From contig JBBTXU010000006.1 of the NCBI GenBank assembly GCA_038062155.1, forward strand, positions 1-27,515: DNA of 27,515 nt, read 5' to 3'. How positions within the stretch are numbered: position 1 is the stretch's first letter; each line of letters starts with the position of its first letter. This DNA is from Patescibacteria group bacterium. Lineage in GTDB: Bacteria; Patescibacteriota; Minisyncoccia; Phycocordibacterales; JAGLPS01. Under the pieces are notes generated by a model. It was given only the letters and a program-made list of their open reading frames with translations, did no database searches and was not told the origin of the DNA. Of the stretch, positions 24,825 to 27,515 are shown in pieces. Position numbers and translations under genes: made by a program.

Positions 24825-26504
24825 TTATTCGTAGTCAACATCTACAACACGCTTGAGCTCCTCGAGCGAGGTGATGCCCGTGAGCACTTTTAAGACGCCG
24901 TCTTGTCGGATGGAGAGCAAATCTTGATGTTCTGCCGCTTTTTTGATTTCCCGCTCGCTTGGATTCTCTCGCACCACGCGCTCAATCTCTTCGTCGGTTA
25001 CGATTGCTTCAAAGATGCCGACTCGCCCTTTGAAGCCCGTAAAATTGCATTTCTCGCATCCCTGATGCTCCCATACCGTTTCTTTTTGAATACCTTTTAT
25101 ATAACTTTTGTCTCTAATGCTCCCGAGTACGTCTTCAACAAGCTTTTTCTCTTCTCCCACAAGCGTCACCGCTTTTCTGCAGGTAGTGCAGAGCTTGCGC
25201 ACGAGTCTTTGGGCCATTGATATCGCGATTGAGGAGGTGAGGACCTTTGGATTTGCTCCCAAATCAATTAGTCTTGGATACGCTCCAGCCGCATTGTTCG
25301 TATGCAGTGTTGAAAATACGAGGTGGCCGGTCAAGGATGAGTTAATGGCAATCTCCGCGGTCTCTCGGTCTCTGATTTCTCCCACCATGATGACATCAGG
25401 GTCTTGTCGAAGGGCACTGCGTAGTCCTTCCAAAAAGGTGTAGCCTTTTTCGGTATCTGTCTGCGTCTGCACAATGCCTGGAATGTGATACTCAATCGGA
25501 TTTTCAATTGTAATAATTTTTATTTGGGGCGTGTGCACTTTCTTTAAGAAGGCATACAAAGTTGTCGTTTTGCCCGACCCAGTAGGGCCTGTGGTTAAAA
25601 TCATGCCGTTGGGCTTTTTAATTTCGTGGTCAAGGATGGCAAGAAGCCGCGGGTGGATGCCGAGCTCTTCTAATGGCACCGCAATGCTCTTAGGATTGAG
25701 CACGCGCAGCACAACCGCTTCATTGTATGCTCCAGGGAGAACGGAGGTTCTCACTTCAATATCCTCTATTCCCATTTTTATGGTGAAGCGTCCGTCCTGT
25801 GCGGTTTTTTTAATATTAAGTTTGAGGCCTGATATAAGTTTCACTCGCGAGAGAAGAAGCCCGAATGTTTCGTGGTCAAAGGTAAGAATATCAACGAGCA
25901 CTCCGTCTAAACGATAGCGCAGACGCACATACGTTTCCTCGGCCTCCAAGTGCACATCGGACGCTTTCGTAGCGAGTGCTCCCGCGAGAATAATTTCAAG
26001 AATTCTGGAAATTCGAAATCCTTTTTTCATCGCCAAGACATTTTCAATGAGGCCTTTGACGTCTTGGATATGCTTGACGCTCTTCACTGCTTCAAGAATT
26101 TCTTCATTGGAAATATCAAGCGCCCCCCCTTTCGTTTCAAATGAGTACGAGAGGTCCTTGTATCGCTCCCACGTACTCTCCAAACTCCGTGAAGAAACCA
26201 AAAACACTTCAGGGCGATATCCGCGGTCCGTGAGCTCTTGGAGCGCCTCTTTTGTTACAGAGAGCGATGGAGACTGCACTGCGACACTTATGTTTTTATC
26301 TATGATGTTAAATACCGTAAGTTTCGCCATGCGCGCTTTTTCCTGTGTGATGACGCGCAGGGCATCGCGGTTTATGGGAGCATTGGTGAGGTCAAGATAG
26401 GGGAGGCCGTACTTTTTTGAAAGAATTTCGGTCAACTGTTCTTCCTCGTCGCGGCGCAAGTCGCGCACGCGTTTCTCCTGACGCTCTTCATTGAATTGCA
26501 CCAT
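24825..26504 (-). CDS. pilB: PilB/GspE-family type IV pilus assembly ATPase
   Basis: ASDVHLE, RLRYRLDG, AQDGRF, RTSVLP, Walker A LTTGPTGSGKTT, LRQDPDVIMVGEIRD, GHLVFSTLHTN, AQRLVRKLCTTC...GCEKC...GFKGRVGIFE. Start set at ATG 26504 (MVQFNEE), which has TACTAT 6 nt upstream. Confidence 0.92.
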   Translation of the reverse strand: MVQFNEERQEKRVRDLRRDEEEQLTEILSKKYGLPYLDLTNAPINRDALRVITQEKARMAKLTVFNIIDKNISVAVQSPSLSVTKEALQELTDRGYRPEVFLVSSRSLESTWERYKDLSYSFETKGGALDISNEEILEAVKSVKHIQDVKGLIENVLAMKKGFRISRILEIILAGALATKASDVHLEAEETYVRLRYRLDGVLVDILTFDHETFGLLLSRVKLISGLKLNIKKTAQDGRFTIKMGIEDIEVRTSVLPGAYNEAVVLRVLNPKSIAVPLEELGIHPRLLAILDHEIKKPNGMILTTGPTGSGKTTTLYAFLKKVHTPQIKIITIENPIEYHIPGIVQTQTDTEKGYTFLEGLRSALRQDPDVIMVGEIRDRETAEIAINSSLTGHLVFSTLHTNNAAGAYPRLIDLGANPKVLTSSIAISMAQRLVRKLCTTCRKAVTLVGEEKKLVEDVLGSIRDKSYIKGIQKETVWEHQGCEKCNFTGFKGRVGIFEAIVTDEEIERVVRENPSEREIKKAAEHQDLLSIRQDGVLKVLTGITSLEELKRVVDVDYE

Positions 26505-26573
26505 ATTAGAATAGTATCGTTTTTTCACCCGTGAGACAATTTTAACGGCCTCACAACGCCCTTGACGCAGCGC

Positions 26574-26594
26574 GGTGAGCGAGTCCAACCATTG
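26574..26594. repeat. Left copy of a 21-bp imperfect direct repeat
   Basis: GGTGAGCGAGTCCAACCATTG; 18/21 identical to 27193-27213. Confidence 0.65.
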
Positions 26595-26620
26595 ACTTTT
26601 AGTTAAAATTGTGATACTAT
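26592..26620 (+). promoter_or_regulatory. sigma70 promoter of the orphan gene
   Basis: TTGACT (26592-26597), 17-nt spacer, TG-a-TACTAT (26612-26620); SD AGGAGG at 26649-26654. Confidence 0.7.
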
Positions 26621-26658
26621 AGACCCTGGAAAATAACAGACCTTTTACAGGAGGATGT

Positions 26659-27132
26659 ATGAAAAAAACACTAATGATGTGCGCCATACTCGCGTTATTT
26701 TTATCGGGTAGCGCGCAGGCTTCGCAAGTGGTCGTTATCAATGACACACCGGAGACCACAATGGCGGTGCTCGACATGTATAACCGCCCGATCGGCTCGT
26801 GGATTTCTTACGGAGAAAGTCTGCCGCTCTCTGTGCAAGGGTTGCAGCTTCTTCAGGTGAAGATTTACGAGAACAAGAAGGGCAAAATCGGCAAATACAT
26901 CAAGACGGAGTCGGTGTCAGCAGGGATGCCTTCCTACACTCCGCCCGCAAGTGTTTCCTATTATTTGGGGACTGGCGCAAAGATGTTTAGTCCTTCGGCA
27001 CACGGCAGTTACAACGGTCAGTTCGTGAGCGTTTCTCCCGGGGGTATTTTCGCCGGGGGATACCAGACCTTTCGAGCTCCCAACGGTGATCAAATCATCC
27101 GTATCGGACCTAGAGGGACAGGTCAGTTTTAA
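26659..27132 (+). CDS. Orphan secreted protein, 157 aa
   Basis: Sec signal peptide MKKTLMMCAILALFLSGSAQA-S, Gly/Ser/Tyr-rich beta-type mature part; own promoter, SD and terminator; no family recognised. Confidence 0.75.
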   Translation: MKKTLMMCAILALFLSGSAQASQVVVINDTPETTMAVLDMYNRPIGSWISYGESLPLSVQGLQLLQVKIYENKKGKIGKYIKTESVSAGMPSYTPPASVSYYLGTGAKMFSPSAHGSYNGQFVSVSPGGIFAGGYQTFRAPNGDQIIRIGPRGTGQF

Positions 27133-27149
27133 TACTGACAGAGAGAAAC

Positions 27150-27184
27150 AAGGCGCGCGAGTTAATTCTCGCGCGCCTTTTCTA
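27150..27184 (+). terminator. Intrinsic terminator
   Basis: AAGGCGCGCGAG-TTAATT-CTCGCGCGCCTT followed by TTCT; 12-bp stem just after the orphan gene. Confidence 0.8.
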
Positions 27185-27192
27185 TGTAGCAT

Positions 27193-27213
27193 GGTGAGCC
27201 TGTCGAACCATTG
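27193..27213. repeat. Right copy of the 21-bp imperfect direct repeat (within ATGGTGAGCCTGTCGAACCAT)
   Basis: GGTGAGCCTGTCGAACCATTG; this copy also forms a small hairpin ATGGT...ACCAT (27191-27211). Confidence 0.65.
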
Positions 27214-27228
27214 TGCTAGAATCACCTC

Positions 27229-27515
27229 ATGAAAACGCGCAAAGTGACTCTCGTGGAGCTCCAAGCGCTTGCCCACAGCTTCGCGCAAAAGTCTTCTCCT
27301 CTCGGCAAACGCGCAAAAATTGTAGGGCTCATTGGCGAATTGGGCGCGGGCAAAACTGCCTTTGTCAAAGAGGTTGCGCACTTACTTGGAGTCAAAGATA
27401 CCCTCACCAGCCCCACCTTTGTCATTGAAAAAATATATCCGCTCAAAGGAAAACAATTCAAAAAGCTCATTCATATAGACGCCTATCGACTTTCGGAGGG
27501 AAAAGAGCTCACCGC
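27229..27515 (+). CDS. tsaE: tRNA threonylcarbamoyladenosine biosynthesis ATPase TsaE (runs off the right edge)
   Basis: Manual translation, not in the ORF track: MKTRKVTLVELQALAHSFAQK...IVGLIGELGAGKTAFVKEVAHLLGVKDTLTSPTFVIEKIY...KLIHIDAYRL. Confidence 0.95.
   Translation, partial: MKTRKVTLVELQALAHSFAQKSSPLGKRAKIVGLIGELGAGKTAFVKEVAHLLGVKDTLTSPTFVIEKIYPLKGKQFKKLIHIDAYRLSEGKELT

Noticed and set aside
26505-26777. 91-aa N-terminal extension of PilB in the ORF track
   Set aside because: Overlaps the opposite-strand orphan gene and its promoter; ATG 26504 has a -10 at leaderless spacing and a plausible N-terminus.
783-27470. Remaining short ORFs of the six-frame track overlapping called genes
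   Set aside because: They are alternative-frame or antisense shadows with no recognisable motifs or independent expression signals.
1-27515. tRNA, rRNA, CRISPR array, transposase, integrase or relaxase
   Set aside because: No cloverleaf with T/D-loop consensus, no regularly spaced repeats, and no DDE, HUH or tyrosine-recombinase motifs were seen.

Overview
Chromosomal replication-origin region of a bacterium that looks like Patescibacteria/CPR, most likely Parcubacteria. This is inferred from gene content, a shortened YebC, compact genes and scarce Shine-Dalgarno sites; TGA is used as a stop, so the code is 11. Left to right: a truncated LysM protein (minus strand, missed by the ORF track); uvrD/pcrA; rsmA; an 11-gene VirB/T4SS-like cluster with VirB6-like, PrgI, a two-part VirB4 and a VirB2-like pilin, but no relaxase, coupling protein or integrase; yidC-rnpA-rpmH; dnaA-oriC-dnaN and a DciA-like gene; a class A PBP; tyrS; a 46-aa acidic microprotein; ruvC-yebC-ruvB; a PilB/GspE ATPase; an orphan secreted-protein gene; and a truncated tsaE. 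No tRNA, rRNA, CRISPR array or transposase was seen. Strongest unexplained signals: (1) an unannotated ~200-nt, highly structured plus-strand RNA between ruvB and pilB, with its own near-consensus sigma70 promoter, a 27-bp stem, a four-way junction, two cUUCGg loops and a 6S-like outline; (2) an orphan gene cassette (promoter-SD-ORF-terminator) bracketed by 21-bp imperfect direct repeats; (3) the apparently domesticated T4SS-like cluster next to oriC; (4) repeated -10 boxes 6-8 nt before start codons, suggesting widespread leaderless transcription; (5) a DnaA with an altered DNA-recognition motif alongside variant DnaA boxes. All calls come from reading motifs by eye; no database search or folding program was run.
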